From IMG/VR virus record IMGVR_UViG_3300036829_000239, positions 1-55,573 of that record: a stretch of DNA of 55,573 nucleotides. The stretch is one strand, 5' to 3'. Source of the stretch: a virus (Duplodnaviria; Caudoviricetes). Position 1 is the stretch's first letter, and every line of letters starts with the position of its first letter. Below, in pieces: positions 25,990-36,046 of the stretch. The translations under genes and the position numbers were made by a program. The notes under the pieces are model-generated. The model did not search any database, was not told the DNA's origin, and saw only the letters and a list, made by a program, of their open reading frames with translations.

Positions 25990-28195
25990 ATGCCTCCTCG
26001 AACTAAGCCGCCGACCAGCGACATCGGAAGGCCCGACCTGACGTACGGAACGTGGGGCCAGGGCCTCCAAGTCGAGTGGTGGTTACTGAGAGACCTCCGG
26101 CGATCTCATCTGGCCACAGTCAGTTATTACTTATGGAAGAATGCGCCACGACCCGCAGCTGAAGGCGGTCCTGTCGGCGTACAAGCTGCCGATCCTCCGC
26201 GCCACCTGGGCGGTCGACCCGGCCGGGTGCCGGGACGAGGTGGTCACACGGGTCTCCGACAACCTCGGGCTGCCCGTCCTCGGCGTGGACAGCCCGCCCG
26301 GCGCGGCGCGCCGCCGCGGCGTCATCTGGCAGCGGCACCTCAAGGACGCCCTGAAGTTCCTGGAGTTCGGCCACGCCGTCTTCGAGCTGCGGTACCGCAT
26401 CGAAGCTGACGGGTTCGCGTCGCTGGACAACCTCGGGCCGCGGATGCCGTGGACGATCGCGGAGATCAAGATCGACGACCACGGCCTGGTCGAGTTCATC
26501 CGGCAGACCACCCAGCTCGACCCGATCCCCGCCGGCCGGCTGATCTGGTACGTCGGCGACCAGGAAGGGTCCAACTGGGCGGGCATCCCGATGATGCGGG
26601 CCGCGTTCGGCGCCTGGCTGCTGAAGCACGAGACGTGGCGGGTGAACGCCACGTCGATCCGCCGGTTCGGGATGGGCGTGCCCACCGTCGAGGCGCCGCA
26701 GGGCGCGACGCAGACGATGGTCGCGCAGGCGCAGCAGCTCGCGTCCAGCATGCGGACCGGGGACAGCGCCGGGATGGGCATCCCCGCCGGGTTCAAGGCG
26801 TCGCTGATGGGCGTCACCGGCTCCGTGCCGGACGCGCTCGGGTTCATCCGCTACCTCGACCAGAGCATGGCGAAGATGGCCCTCGCCGGGCTGATCGAGC
26901 TGGGCCAGACGCAGACCGGCTCCCGGGCGCTCGGCGACACGTTCATGGACCTGTTCCTCCTGTCGCTGCAGGCCGTCGCCGACGACATCGCGACGACCGC
27001 CACGTCCGGGCAGACGGGCATGCCGGGCATCGTCACCGACCTGGTCGACCAGAACTGGGGCGAGGACGAGCCGGCGCCCCGCGTGGTGTGCACCGACGTG
27101 GGCGAGAACTACGAGATCACGGCGCAGTCGCTGGAGCAGCTGACCATCACCGGCGCGCTGTCCCCGGACGAGAACCTGGACACGTGGGTCCGGAAGACGT
27201 GGCACCTGCCGGAACGGAAGGGCCAGTGGATGCCGACCTCCCGCGGCGTCCCGGCGGTCGCGCAGCAGAAGAAGTCACCCACGCCGGGGCAGGCGGCGGA
27301 GATCGCGCAGGCAGACGACACCGCGCAGGCCCCGCCGGCGCGGCAGCCGGCGCAGACGCAGCAGGCGCAGACGACGGCGGCGTCCGCGCCGACCCGGGCC
27401 CAGGCCGCGTACCTGGAAGCGTCCCGGTTCGACGCCGCCGCGCACCAGCAGGACTGGGAGCTTGCCCTCGCCCACCTGCTGCTGCAGTACCGCGGCGTGC
27501 TGTCCGCGCAGCGCACCGACCTGGTGGACCGGGTGATCACCGCGATGCAGGCCGGCCGGCCGCAGGACTTCGCGCTCGTCCCGCCCGCTGCCGGCGACGG
27601 GCCGTCGATCGTCGCGCAGGCGATGGACCGGGTCGCGCAGCAGGCGGCGGCCGCCCTCGTCGCGGAGGCCGCCGATCAGGGCGTGACGATCGGCCTGGAC
27701 CGGGTGCGGATCGACGCGGCCCAGCTCGGCGGCGTCGCGCAGGCCCGGTCGGGCGTCGCCTCCTCCTACCTGGCGCAGCAGGCCGGGTCCAAGGCGCTGC
27801 AGGTGTACGACCCGACCCCGGCCGGGTTCGCCGCCGCCGCCGACGAGGTGGACCGGTACCTCGCGTCGCTGTCGGACGCCACGCTGCGCGACCAGCTCGG
27901 CGCGGCGCTGACCGCCGCGCAGAACCACGGCCGGATCGCCGTGCTGGAGGCCGCACCCGAGAGCGCGGGCACCGCCAGGTACGTGGCCGCGGAGTTCCTG
28001 GACAAGAACACCTGCGAGAACTGCCGGAAGATCGACGGCACCGAGTTCGGTGACCTGGCCGAGGCGGAGGCCGCGTACCCGACGGGCGGCTACTCCGCGT
28101 GCCTCGGGCTGATGAGATGCCGGGGCACCGTCGTGCCGGTGTGGGGCGGCAACGACACGATGCCCCGGCACGCATCGGCGGGCAACGCGCAGTGA
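25990..28195 (+). CDS. Portal protein fused to MuF-like head-morphogenesis domain; reading frame broken near 26083-26089
   Basis: GGAGGTGA RBS at ATG 25990; portal-like DLIWPQSVITYGRMRHD is in the +1 frame; GSRALG; C-terminal DKNTCENC..IDG...CLG..RCRG. Confidence 0.85.
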
Positions 28196-28283
28196 CACCC
28201 GGATGCGCCGGGTAATGCCAGGTTTACGCAGGGCTGATGCATACTGGGTCTTGACATTCCTCGGCTAGAGGAGGCGGCGCGGC

Positions 28284-30815
28284 ATGACCAGCGAGCGGCT
28301 CCCGGCCCCTTCCCCGGATGCCGCGGCCGGGCGGAGCGACGGGCAGTTCACCGCCGGGCTGGCCCACGAGAAGGTCGGGCACACCGGCCAGGGACTCTGG
28401 CATCACAAGAACATGCAGCTCCCGGCGTACATCCAGCACATCGCCAACGACCTCATCCAGGGCGGCATGGCCGAGTCCCGCGCCATCGCCACCGCCGTCT
28501 CCCGGTGCAAGGTGTGGTGCGCCGGCGGCGGCGGCGTGAAACCGGACACGAAGGCGAAGGCGTGCGCGGCCATCGCGGAGTGGGAGAAGCTGAAGGTGCA
28601 GTCCCATGCGGCCGGCGGCGGCCCGGCGACGGCGGAGGAGGCCGCCGCGGGAGCAGGCGCGGCGGCATGGAACGAGGCGCTGCACCCGCGCGTCCCGTCC
28701 GGCGCCGGCGGCGGCCAGTTCGCCCCGGGCGGCGGCGGGAAGGCGCCCACCAACGCGAACCCGGTGGGCAACGGCGCGGGCGGCCAGACGGTGACGGACC
28801 TGCAGAAGCGGCTGAACCAGCTCGGCTACAAGGTGAAGACGGACGGCAAGTTCGGCGGGAAGACCGAGGCCGCGGTCAGGCAGTACCAGAAGGACCGCGG
28901 GCTGAAGGTCGACGGGCTGGTCGGGCCGAAGACCACGGCGTCGCTGCGGTCCCCGTCCCGCAAGCGCACCACCAAGCCGGGGCAGCCGCCGGGGCCGGGC
29001 CGGAACCCGACGCCGCAGCAGCAGCTCACCCGCCGCGCCGCCGCCCCGGCGCTGGTCACGATGCCGGGCGTCGACCTGATGGCAGCCGGGTCGTGGGAGC
29101 TGTCCACCGGCAGGCAGACGTTCACCCGGCAGGACATCGCCGACGCGATCGACGCGGCCGGGTGCCCGGCGGTCGGCGACCCGGTGATCAAGCTCGGGCA
29201 TGTCGACCCGCGGTTCGACGGGCAGCCCGCGATCGGCCGGGTGACGAACCTGCGCACCGACGAGTCCGGGATGAAGCTGGTCGGGGACCTGGCCGGGCTG
29301 CCCGGCTGGTTCGCGGAGATCGCCGCCGCCGCCTATCCCCGCCGGTCGGTGGAGGGTGCGTACAACTTCCGCTGCCAGACGGGGCATAAGCACCCGTTTG
29401 TCCTGACGGGCCTGGCGATGCTCGGCGTGACGGCGCCGGGGGTCGGGGTGCTGAACGAGCTGCCGGACGTCGCCGCGCTGTACGGCGTGCAGGCCGAGGC
29501 GCGGGGTGAGGGCGAGTCGTGGCGGTTCGCGTCCGACAACCTGGATGAGGAGGGTGAGCCGGTGGCTGTTACCGAGGAAGACGTGCGCCGCGCCTACTAC
29601 GCGGCCGGCGCGCCGCCGGACTGGTGGATCGCCGAACTGCACATGACCCCGACGCAGCTCATCGTGAGCGCGGGGGACGGGAGGATCTACCGGGTGCCGT
29701 TCCGCATCGCGGGGCAGGACGGCATCGAGTTCGAGCAGCCGGTGGAGCTGGCGTCGTACCAGGACGTGGCGGCAAGCCGGGCGACGGGCGCGGTGATCAC
29801 GTACGCGAGCGCGGCCGACTCCCGCAGCCTGGGCGGCGAGGACGGGGACGACGGGGATGCCGGGGACGACGGGGATGCCGGGGACGGCGACAGCGCGGCG
29901 GCGGCGGCGGACTCCAAGCCGTACGGCGACGTGAAGTACGCCGACCCGAAGAACGGCAAGTACCCGGTCGACACCGAGGCCCACGCGCGCGCCGCCTGGA
30001 GTTACATCAACCAGGACAAGAACGCGGCCCAGTACCCGATGAACGGCGTGACCCTCGCCGAGGTGAAGGCCGCGATCGCCGCGGCGTGCAGGAAGTTCGG
30101 CATCGACGTGAACGCCGCCGCCTCCGACGCGCCGGCGCTGGACGGCGACGACATGACCGGCGACAGGAACAACGCCGCGATGTCCCACGGGCCGGTCGCC
30201 GCGACCCACAAACATCCGCATGCGGCGATGGGATCGCAGGGCGGCGACAGCACGCACGACCACTCGCACACCCACAAGGGTGACGCGAGCCACGACCACG
30301 CCCACGCATCCGCGTCGGCAGGCAACAGGACAAGGAAGGGAGGCTCGGAAGTGGATTTCACTGACGAGCAGATCGCCAGCCTGCGCGAGAAGCTGGGGCT
30401 GGGCGAGGACGACGAGCTGACCCCGGACGCGCTGATCGCGGAGCTGGGCAAGGAGCCGGTGGCCGCGTCGGGCCGGAAGCTGCCCGCCGGCGTAATGCTG
30501 GTGGAACGCGAGGCGTGGGACGCAATGAACCGGCGGGTCGAGGCCGGCGAGCAGTTCCGCGTCAAGAAGCAGCATGAGGAACGCGACGAGATCATCGACC
30601 GGGCGGTCCGCGACGGGAAGTTCTCCGCCGCCCGCCGGACGCACTGGGCGCGGCTGTGGAACGCCGACCCGGACGGCACCCGGGAGGTCCTCGCCGGCCT
30701 GCAGAAGAACGTCGTCCCGGTGGGCGACATCGGGTCCGGCGGCGGCAGCCTCGACGACGACGACTTCGACCGGGAGTTCGCCGCGCTGTGGGCTCCGGGC
30801 ACCTTCAAGAAGTGA
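28284..30815 (+). CDS. Multidomain prohead protease/scaffold with peptidoglycan-binding domain
   Basis: LQKRLNQLGY...DGKFG..T..AV..YQ...L.VDG.VGPKT (PG-binding); KLGH..PAIG...YP.RSVEG...LTGLAMLG..PG (Mu-like protease); C-terminal scaffold. Confidence 0.85.
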   Translation: MTSERLPAPSPDAAAGRSDGQFTAGLAHEKVGHTGQGLWHHKNMQLPAYIQHIANDLIQGGMAESRAIATAVSRCKVWCAGGGGVKPDTKAKACAAIAEWEKLKVQSHAAGGGPATAEEAAAGAGAAAWNEALHPRVPSGAGGGQFAPGGGGKAPTNANPVGNGAGGQTVTDLQKRLNQLGYKVKTDGKFGGKTEAAVRQYQKDRGLKVDGLVGPKTTASLRSPSRKRTTKPGQPPGPGRNPTPQQQLTRRAAAPALVTMPGVDLMAAGSWELSTGRQTFTRQDIADAIDAAGCPAVGDPVIKLGHVDPRFDGQPAIGRVTNLRTDESGMKLVGDLAGLPGWFAEIAAAAYPRRSVEGAYNFRCQTGHKHPFVLTGLAMLGVTAPGVGVLNELPDVAALYGVQAEARGEGESWRFASDNLDEEGEPVAVTEEDVRRAYYAAGAPPDWWIAELHMTPTQLIVSAGDGRIYRVPFRIAGQDGIEFEQPVELASYQDVAASRATGAVITYASAADSRSLGGEDGDDGDAGDDGDAGDGDSAAAAADSKPYGDVKYADPKNGKYPVDTEAHARAAWSYINQDKNAAQYPMNGVTLAEVKAAIAAACRKFGIDVNAAASDAPALDGDDMTGDRNNAAMSHGPVAATHKHPHAAMGSQGGDSTHDHSHTHKGDASHDHAHASASAGNRTRKGGSEVDFTDEQIASLREKLGLGEDDELTPDALIAELGKEPVAASGRKLPAGVMLVEREAWDAMNRRVEAGEQFRVKKQHEERDEIIDRAVRDGKFSAARRTHWARLWNADPDGTREVLAGLQKNVVPVGDIGSGGGSLDDDDFDREFAALWAPGTFKK

Positions 30816-30818
30816 GCC

Positions 30819-31280
30819 GTGGCTGACTACACGCCGGTCTACATCCCGGGCCGGGTCATCACCCTCACCGCCTTGACGGCGGTGACGGGCGGGGACCTGC
30901 TCGTCGTGGCAGGCAACGGCCAGGCCGCTAAGGCGAGCGCCGTTTCGCAGGTCATCATCGGCGTGGCTGCCGACGACACTCCGGCCAACGGCCGGGTCAC
31001 GGTGTACGGGCGCGGCACGGTGCACGAGTCGATCGCGGACGGTTCGATCACGGCGGGCAAGCTGCTCATCTCGACTGCTACGGCTAACCGCCAGGTCGCA
31101 GTCAAGTCCGAAACGCCCCTGGCCACCCAGGACGTGACCGCTTCGCCGACGAACATCACGATCAACGCGGCGATCAACGCGGTCGTGGCTGCGGTCAACG
31201 CCGAAAATGACCGCGACGTTATCGGCGTGGCGCTCACCGGAAATCCGGACGGTCTCAAGGTCCGCTGGATGGAGTTCTGA
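30819..31280 (+). CDS. Capsid cement/decoration protein, paralog 1
   Basis: MADYTP...IGVAADD...RVTVY...IGVAL (DUF2190-like). Confidence 0.8.
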   Translation: MADYTPVYIPGRVITLTALTAVTGGDLLVVAGNGQAAKASAVSQVIIGVAADDTPANGRVTVYGRGTVHESIADGSITAGKLLISTATANRQVAVKSETPLATQDVTASPTNITINAAINAVVAAVNAENDRDVIGVALTGNPDGLKVRWMEF

Positions 31281-32125
31281 TGCCGGACACGGACAACAGG
31301 GCTGTCGCCACCGTCACCGGCTTCGCTCAGGTCATTACGCCTGGTGCGGCCGATGTCGTGATGTCCGATGACTTCAGCGGCACCAGCCTGGATACGCAGA
31401 AGTGGACCTTCACGGATAAGTCGCTTGGGTTCCTTTCCGTCAACGAGTCTGACGGCCAGCTCCAGGCTTCGGTGAACATCACCAGTAGCGGCGGCCTGTG
31501 GGTGGTTGCCCAGACCGCCGGTTCTTACAATCTGGCAGGCGGCTACGTTCAGGCACGCCTGGCGGCACTTTCCGCCGTGTCCGGCAGCCTCAATGTGGAC
31601 GTGTACCTGGACAGCTACATCAACGGAACGTTCGGCCCGCAGGGCAGCGGGCCGTATATCGGCCTCAAAGGCACTGACGGCGGGACCGTTGTTCTCGTCT
31701 CCAGCCTGGGGAGCGTCCCGTGGTCTGCCGAATCGATGGGCTGGGTGCGGCTCCGCACCTGGCAAGGTCAGGTCTACTACGAGGTTTCGCCGGACGGGTC
31801 TTCCTGGACGACGCTGTGGACTGATGCCGAGGCTGCGGGCGTCGTGACCCCGGCACTCATCTTCTCGGCCGGGCCAACTTACTACCCGCCTGGAAACCTG
31901 AACGGCACCGCCGGAGTCGCGGACTTTGAGGTTGCGCAGATGCCGCCAAATCCGCCGACCCCGGTGGTCACAGCCCGCGCCGCCGTCGTCGCCTCGGACG
32001 GGCACGTAGTCAGCCTGCCTGGCGTTACTGCCCCGTTCACTTACGGCGACCACATCGGCAACATCGTCATCGATGCGGTTCGCGCCGCTGCCGGTGACCC
32101 GCAACTCGACGTGACGATTTTTTAG
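31280..32125 (+). CDS. Beta-sandwich (ConA/lectin-like) protein
   Basis: DDFSGTSLDTQKW...WVRLR...VYYEVSPDGSSWT; atypical codon usage. Confidence 0.6.
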   Translation: MPDTDNRAVATVTGFAQVITPGAADVVMSDDFSGTSLDTQKWTFTDKSLGFLSVNESDGQLQASVNITSSGGLWVVAQTAGSYNLAGGYVQARLAALSAVSGSLNVDVYLDSYINGTFGPQGSGPYIGLKGTDGGTVVLVSSLGSVPWSAESMGWVRLRTWQGQVYYEVSPDGSSWTTLWTDAEAAGVVTPALIFSAGPTYYPPGNLNGTAGVADFEVAQMPPNPPTPVVTARAAVVASDGHVVSLPGVTAPFTYGDHIGNIVIDAVRAAAGDPQLDVTIF

Positions 32126-32136
32126 GAGGCAGGCCA

Positions 32137-32550
32137 GTGGCCGATTACACGCCAGTCAACAGTGACGCTGCCGCGTTCACCGCGACCGTAGGGGCGACCC
32201 CCGTCTCAGGCGGGATGCTGGTTGAGGTTGGAGCCCTAGACGGCACGGTGATCCCGGCAGGCGGCACCAAGCGACCCATCGGCGTGGCGGCGTTCGACGC
32301 GATCTCCGGCCAGCGCGTCACCGTCTACCTTCTGCCGGGGATGATTCACGAAGTGCTCGTCAAGAGCGGCGTGACTATCGGGCTGGGAGCGCCCGTCATC
32401 CCCTCGACATCAAGCGCTCCCCAGCTCGGGCAGGCCGACACCGGGGTGCTAGCCACCGTCGCGGCGGCCGGCACCCTGATCGGCATCGCGCTCAAGGCGA
32501 GCGCTGCTGGCGACGGCACCTCCGTCAAGGTCCGGTTCATCGGGGCCTGA
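32137..32550 (+). CDS. Capsid cement/decoration protein, paralog 2
   Basis: MADYTP...IGVAAFD...RVTVY...IGIAL...KVRF. Confidence 0.8.
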   Translation: MADYTPVNSDAAAFTATVGATPVSGGMLVEVGALDGTVIPAGGTKRPIGVAAFDAISGQRVTVYLLPGMIHEVLVKSGVTIGLGAPVIPSTSSAPQLGQADTGVLATVAAAGTLIGIALKASAAGDGTSVKVRFIGA

Positions 32551-32596
32551 GCCCCGGCAGGCAAACGCCCGGCTAGGGCAAAAGGAGTGATGACAG

Positions 32597-33520
32597 ATGC
32601 CAGGTACCTACCCGGCAGCACCGCCCACCCTGTCGGGCGATCTGGAGACCATCAGCCGGTTTCTCCAGTCCCCGACGCAGATCCGGCGGCGGCTTCGCGA
32701 CTTCCGCGACCTGCGGTTCGTGTCCGACCAGGTCCTCACGCAGCGGTTCAGGACGTCGGGCGGCGCGGCGCTGTACGAGCTGAGCGAGCCGTTCCTCACC
32801 GACCGCACCGTGGAACAGGTCGGGGCCGGGGCCGAGTACCCGTTCGCGAACATGCCGACCGGCACCGCGGGCATCGCGGCCGTGTCCAAGTGGGGCCAGA
32901 AGGTCCGCGTGACCGACGACGAGATCGCGAGGAATATTTACGCGGGACAGACGATCGACCGGGCGCTGCGCAAGACGGTCAACTCGATCATCGGGGCGGT
33001 CGACGGCATCACGATGTCCACGATGGCCTCGACCATCACCGACAACGTGACTACCTCGGTCACCTGGAACGCGGGTGTCACGGCGCACATCCTCCAGGAC
33101 ATCCTGCTGGCGAAGGCGCACGTGTACGCCAAGAACCTCGGCTACAAGCCGGACACGCTGCTGGTGGACGACACGCACTACGCGTACATGATGTCGGACA
33201 CGAACGTGACGAACGCGCTGCGCCGCGAGACCACCGACAACCCGATTTACACCGGCACCATCGAGGTGATCGCGGGCCTGACGATCGTCGTGTCCCCGTC
33301 TGTCGCCTTCACCGGCAAGCCGCTGGTGCTCGATGCGACGCAGCTCGGCGGCATGGCCGACGAGGCTGACTCCGCTCCGGGTTACGCGGTGTCGGACCTG
33401 GGTGTCGAGGTCAAGAGCATCCGGCTGGAATCCAACGACGCGTGGGACCTTCAGGCCCGCCGCAAGACCGTCCCGATTGTCCAGGAGCCGGGCTCGGCCT
33501 GCACCATCACGGGCACCTGA
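32597..33520 (+). CDS. Major capsid protein
   Basis: 307 aa; EQVGAGAEYP...KWG...VTDDEI; GYKPDTL; synteny. Confidence 0.9.
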   Translation: MPGTYPAAPPTLSGDLETISRFLQSPTQIRRRLRDFRDLRFVSDQVLTQRFRTSGGAALYELSEPFLTDRTVEQVGAGAEYPFANMPTGTAGIAAVSKWGQKVRVTDDEIARNIYAGQTIDRALRKTVNSIIGAVDGITMSTMASTITDNVTTSVTWNAGVTAHILQDILLAKAHVYAKNLGYKPDTLLVDDTHYAYMMSDTNVTNALRRETTDNPIYTGTIEVIAGLTIVVSPSVAFTGKPLVLDATQLGGMADEADSAPGYAVSDLGVEVKSIRLESNDAWDLQARRKTVPIVQEPGSACTITGT

Positions 33521-33538
33521 CCAGGGGAGGAGTTCCTG

Positions 33539-33793
33539 ATGGCGAAGTACGTGGTGACGGCACCCCGCGTGGTGCTCACGACCATGACAATGGACGGGGT
33601 CCGGGCGATCGGCCTCTTTGCGGGTGCCCCGGTGCCCGACGATGTGCCGCCTGAGCAGATCAGGCATCACCTGGACAACAACCTGATCGCGGAGGTGCCG
33701 GAGCCCGCTCCGCCTGCCCGGCCGGCACCGGCTAAGGCGGAGGGCGACAAGCCGGCGGGGAAGCCTGCCGCCGCCCCGGGCAAGCAGGGCTGA
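33539..33793 (+). CDS. Small head-associated protein
   Basis: GGAGG RBS; follows capsid gene. Confidence 0.65.
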   Translation: MAKYVVTAPRVVLTTMTMDGVRAIGLFAGAPVPDDVPPEQIRHHLDNNLIAEVPEPAPPARPAPAKAEGDKPAGKPAAAPGKQG

Positions 33794-33796
33794 GCC

Positions 33797-34297
33797 GTGC
33801 CGGGTGAACCGTGGGCCCCGCTGCTCTCCGACGTCGCGAGGCACATTCCGACGAGGACGCGGGACACCAGGTCGCCGGGCAGCGACCGGATGCTCGGCAC
33901 GTTCACCGCGAGCACCACGCCGACGGACGAGCAGGCGCAGCAGGTCATCGACGACGCCGTGGCCGGGCTGGAGGCGGCCGCGGGCGACATCCCGGACATG
34001 ATGACGACGTCGCCGGACCTGGCCGTGGCGATGCGCACCTACGTGGAGTGGCGGGCGGCGGCCGACATCGAGCTGGCCTACCCGAACCGGGACGCCGACC
34101 TGCAGATGGCCGACCGGCTGACCGCGCGGGCGGAGGCGGCCTACCAGGTGGTGATGCAGGGGCTGGCGGCGATCGGCGGCGGCACCATCGACGTGCTGCC
34201 GGACTGGGCGTTCCCCGACCCGCCGCCGTACGCCGACCAGTCGCCCGGCAGCGGCATCGAGTTCCTCGTCAAGCCGGTGGTGATCCCGGATGGCTGA
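33797..34297 (+). CDS. Head-tail adaptor
   Basis: GTFTASTTPT...AAADIELAYP; synteny. Confidence 0.7.
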   Translation: MPGEPWAPLLSDVARHIPTRTRDTRSPGSDRMLGTFTASTTPTDEQAQQVIDDAVAGLEAAAGDIPDMMTTSPDLAVAMRTYVEWRAAADIELAYPNRDADLQMADRLTARAEAAYQVVMQGLAAIGGGTIDVLPDWAFPDPPPYADQSPGSGIEFLVKPVVIPDG

Positions 34298-34697
34298 CGC
34301 AGTCGTGTTCGATGACGCCGCGGTGGCGGGGCTGGCCGAGAACGTGAACGTGCGGGCGGTGGTGGACCGGGTGGCCGCCGACGCGGTGCGGACGATGAAG
34401 TTCCTGGCCCCGGTGTCCCCGCCCGGGCCGCTGCACCGGTCGGGGAACCTGCGCAGCTCGATTCACGCGTTCCGGCAGCCGGGCGGCGAGATCGTCGTGG
34501 GGCCGACCGCGGACTACGCGGAGTACGTGGAGTACGACACCAGGCCGCACATCATCACCTCCCGCGGCCCGTGGCCGCTCCGGAACCGGGAAACCGGGGC
34601 TGTTTTCGGCCGGGTCGTGCACCATCCGGGGACCCGCGGCCAGCATTTCGTGGAGAAGACGGCCGACAGCTTCGAAGGCAGGGTGTATCACGCGTGA
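34290..34697 (+). CDS. HK97 gp10-like neck protein
   Basis: APV..SGNLRSSI...YAEYVEYDTRPH...HHPGT. Confidence 0.85.
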   Translation: MADAVVFDDAAVAGLAENVNVRAVVDRVAADAVRTMKFLAPVSPPGPLHRSGNLRSSIHAFRQPGGEIVVGPTADYAEYVEYDTRPHIITSRGPWPLRNRETGAVFGRVVHHPGTRGQHFVEKTADSFEGRVYHA

Positions 34698-34890
34698 ACT
34701 ACCAGGCTGGGCCTCCGGCGTCATGCCCGCCGCTGGCGGGGATGCCCCCGCTGGCGACGGCGCAGGGTGCCGCGCGCCCGGCCCAGCCTGAGCGTGTCCC
34801 GGCCTCCCGGCCGGTGCTGGGGGTGTCGGCCAGGGTCGGGCGCTGGACGCTCAGCGTTGCCCTCCGCGCCGAGCGCAGGGGGGTGCCGCG

Positions 34891-35328
34891 GTGAGCGTCG
34901 CCGCGCAGGCCGCGATCCGGGCGTGGATCAACGGTCGCGCTGACCTGGTCGGGGACGGGCTGCCGCTGGCGCGCGGCGCGTACCTGCGGGAGCAGCGGTC
35001 CCCGGCGGACGGCGGGTACGCCGTCATCTCCCGCACCTCCGAGGGCGTCACGTCGATCGTCGCGGAGCCGGCCCCGGTGCTGGCGGTGGCGCGGATCCAG
35101 TGCCTGGTGTACGCCGGCACGGAGGAGGCGTCGGAGGCGGCGGCGGCGGCGCTCCGCTCCGCGTTCGAGACGCTGGAGGGCAACCCGGAACCGTGCGGCG
35201 GCACCGGGGTCACCGTCCTCACCGCGGACAACCACATCGGCCCGCTGTTCGTCCCGCATGCCGGTGACACCGGTGAGATCTACAGCTTCCAGGTGAATGC
35301 GGACTTCGTGCTCCGCGACGACTCATAG
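34891..35328 (+). CDS. Tail terminator/completion protein
   Basis: Size and synteny; RIQCLVYA. Confidence 0.7.
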   Translation: MSVAAQAAIRAWINGRADLVGDGLPLARGAYLREQRSPADGGYAVISRTSEGVTSIVAEPAPVLAVARIQCLVYAGTEEASEAAAAALRSAFETLEGNPEPCGGTGVTVLTADNHIGPLFVPHAGDTGEIYSFQVNADFVLRDDS

Positions 35329-35346
35329 GAGACCTTAGGAGACCAG

Positions 35347-35715
35347 ATGACCGCATACCCGATCATCGACGGGGCCGACCGGGTCACCGGCGTGGACCTG
35401 TCCGCCACGCTGGGTTCGCCCACTACTTCCGACACCTTCCCGCCGGGCGGCGACGTCTACCTGCGGGTGAAGAACGGGGCCACCGGGGCGGTTACCGGGA
35501 CGATCACGTGGCCGACCGCGACGGACGCGTACGGCGTCGGCAAATCCAGCCTGGTGCTGAACGGCGGCGCCGCGATCCCGGTCAGCTCCGACCGGATCTT
35601 CGGCCCGTTCCCGGCGGCGGAGTTCGCCGACCCCAGCGACGGCCAGGTCCACATCACGTGGACGGGCACGCTCACCGCGACGAACGTCGGCGTGTACCGC
35701 GCGACCAACGGCTGA
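35347..35715 (+). CDS. Putative structural protein
   Basis: YLRVKNG...IFGPFP...F.DP.DG.V. Confidence 0.7.
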   Translation: MTAYPIIDGADRVTGVDLSATLGSPTTSDTFPPGGDVYLRVKNGATGAVTGTITWPTATDAYGVGKSSLVLNGGAAIPVSSDRIFGPFPAAEFADPSDGQVHITWTGTLTATNVGVYRATNG

Positions 35716-35726
35716 GGAGGCCAGAC

Positions 35727-36044
35727 ATGGCAAGGGCGAAGCAGCCGCCGGCTGCACCGGAGCCGGACGACGAGTTCGTGCCCCCGTTCTACGAGGCCAC
35801 GGAGGACCTGTTCATCTACAACCCGGAGGCGGGTGTGATGCCGGGGGCGGCGTTCCGCAAGGGCGACCGGGTACCGCCGGGCGGGCTGCTGCCGGAGTGG
35901 GGCGGCAAGCTGAAGGTGCCCGCCGCGTTCGAGGACCGGCTTCCGCCGCCGCAGCCCCCCGCACCGCAGGCGCCGCCTGCCGCCGGTCCTGACCAGCAGC
36001 CGCAGGCTGACGCCAACGCCGACGAGTCGGCAGGGAAGGAGTAA
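35727..36044 (+). CDS. Hypothetical protein
   Basis: GAGGAGG RBS. Confidence 0.65.
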   Translation: MARAKQPPAAPEPDDEFVPPFYEATEDLFIYNPEAGVMPGAAFRKGDRVPPGGLLPEWGGKLKVPAAFEDRLPPPQPPAPQAPPAAGPDQQPQADANADESAGKE

Positions 36045-36046
36045 CG

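Noticed and set aside
34694-34894. Short ORF between neck and tail terminator genes
   Set aside because: Coupled by overlaps but low complexity with no motif; left uncalled
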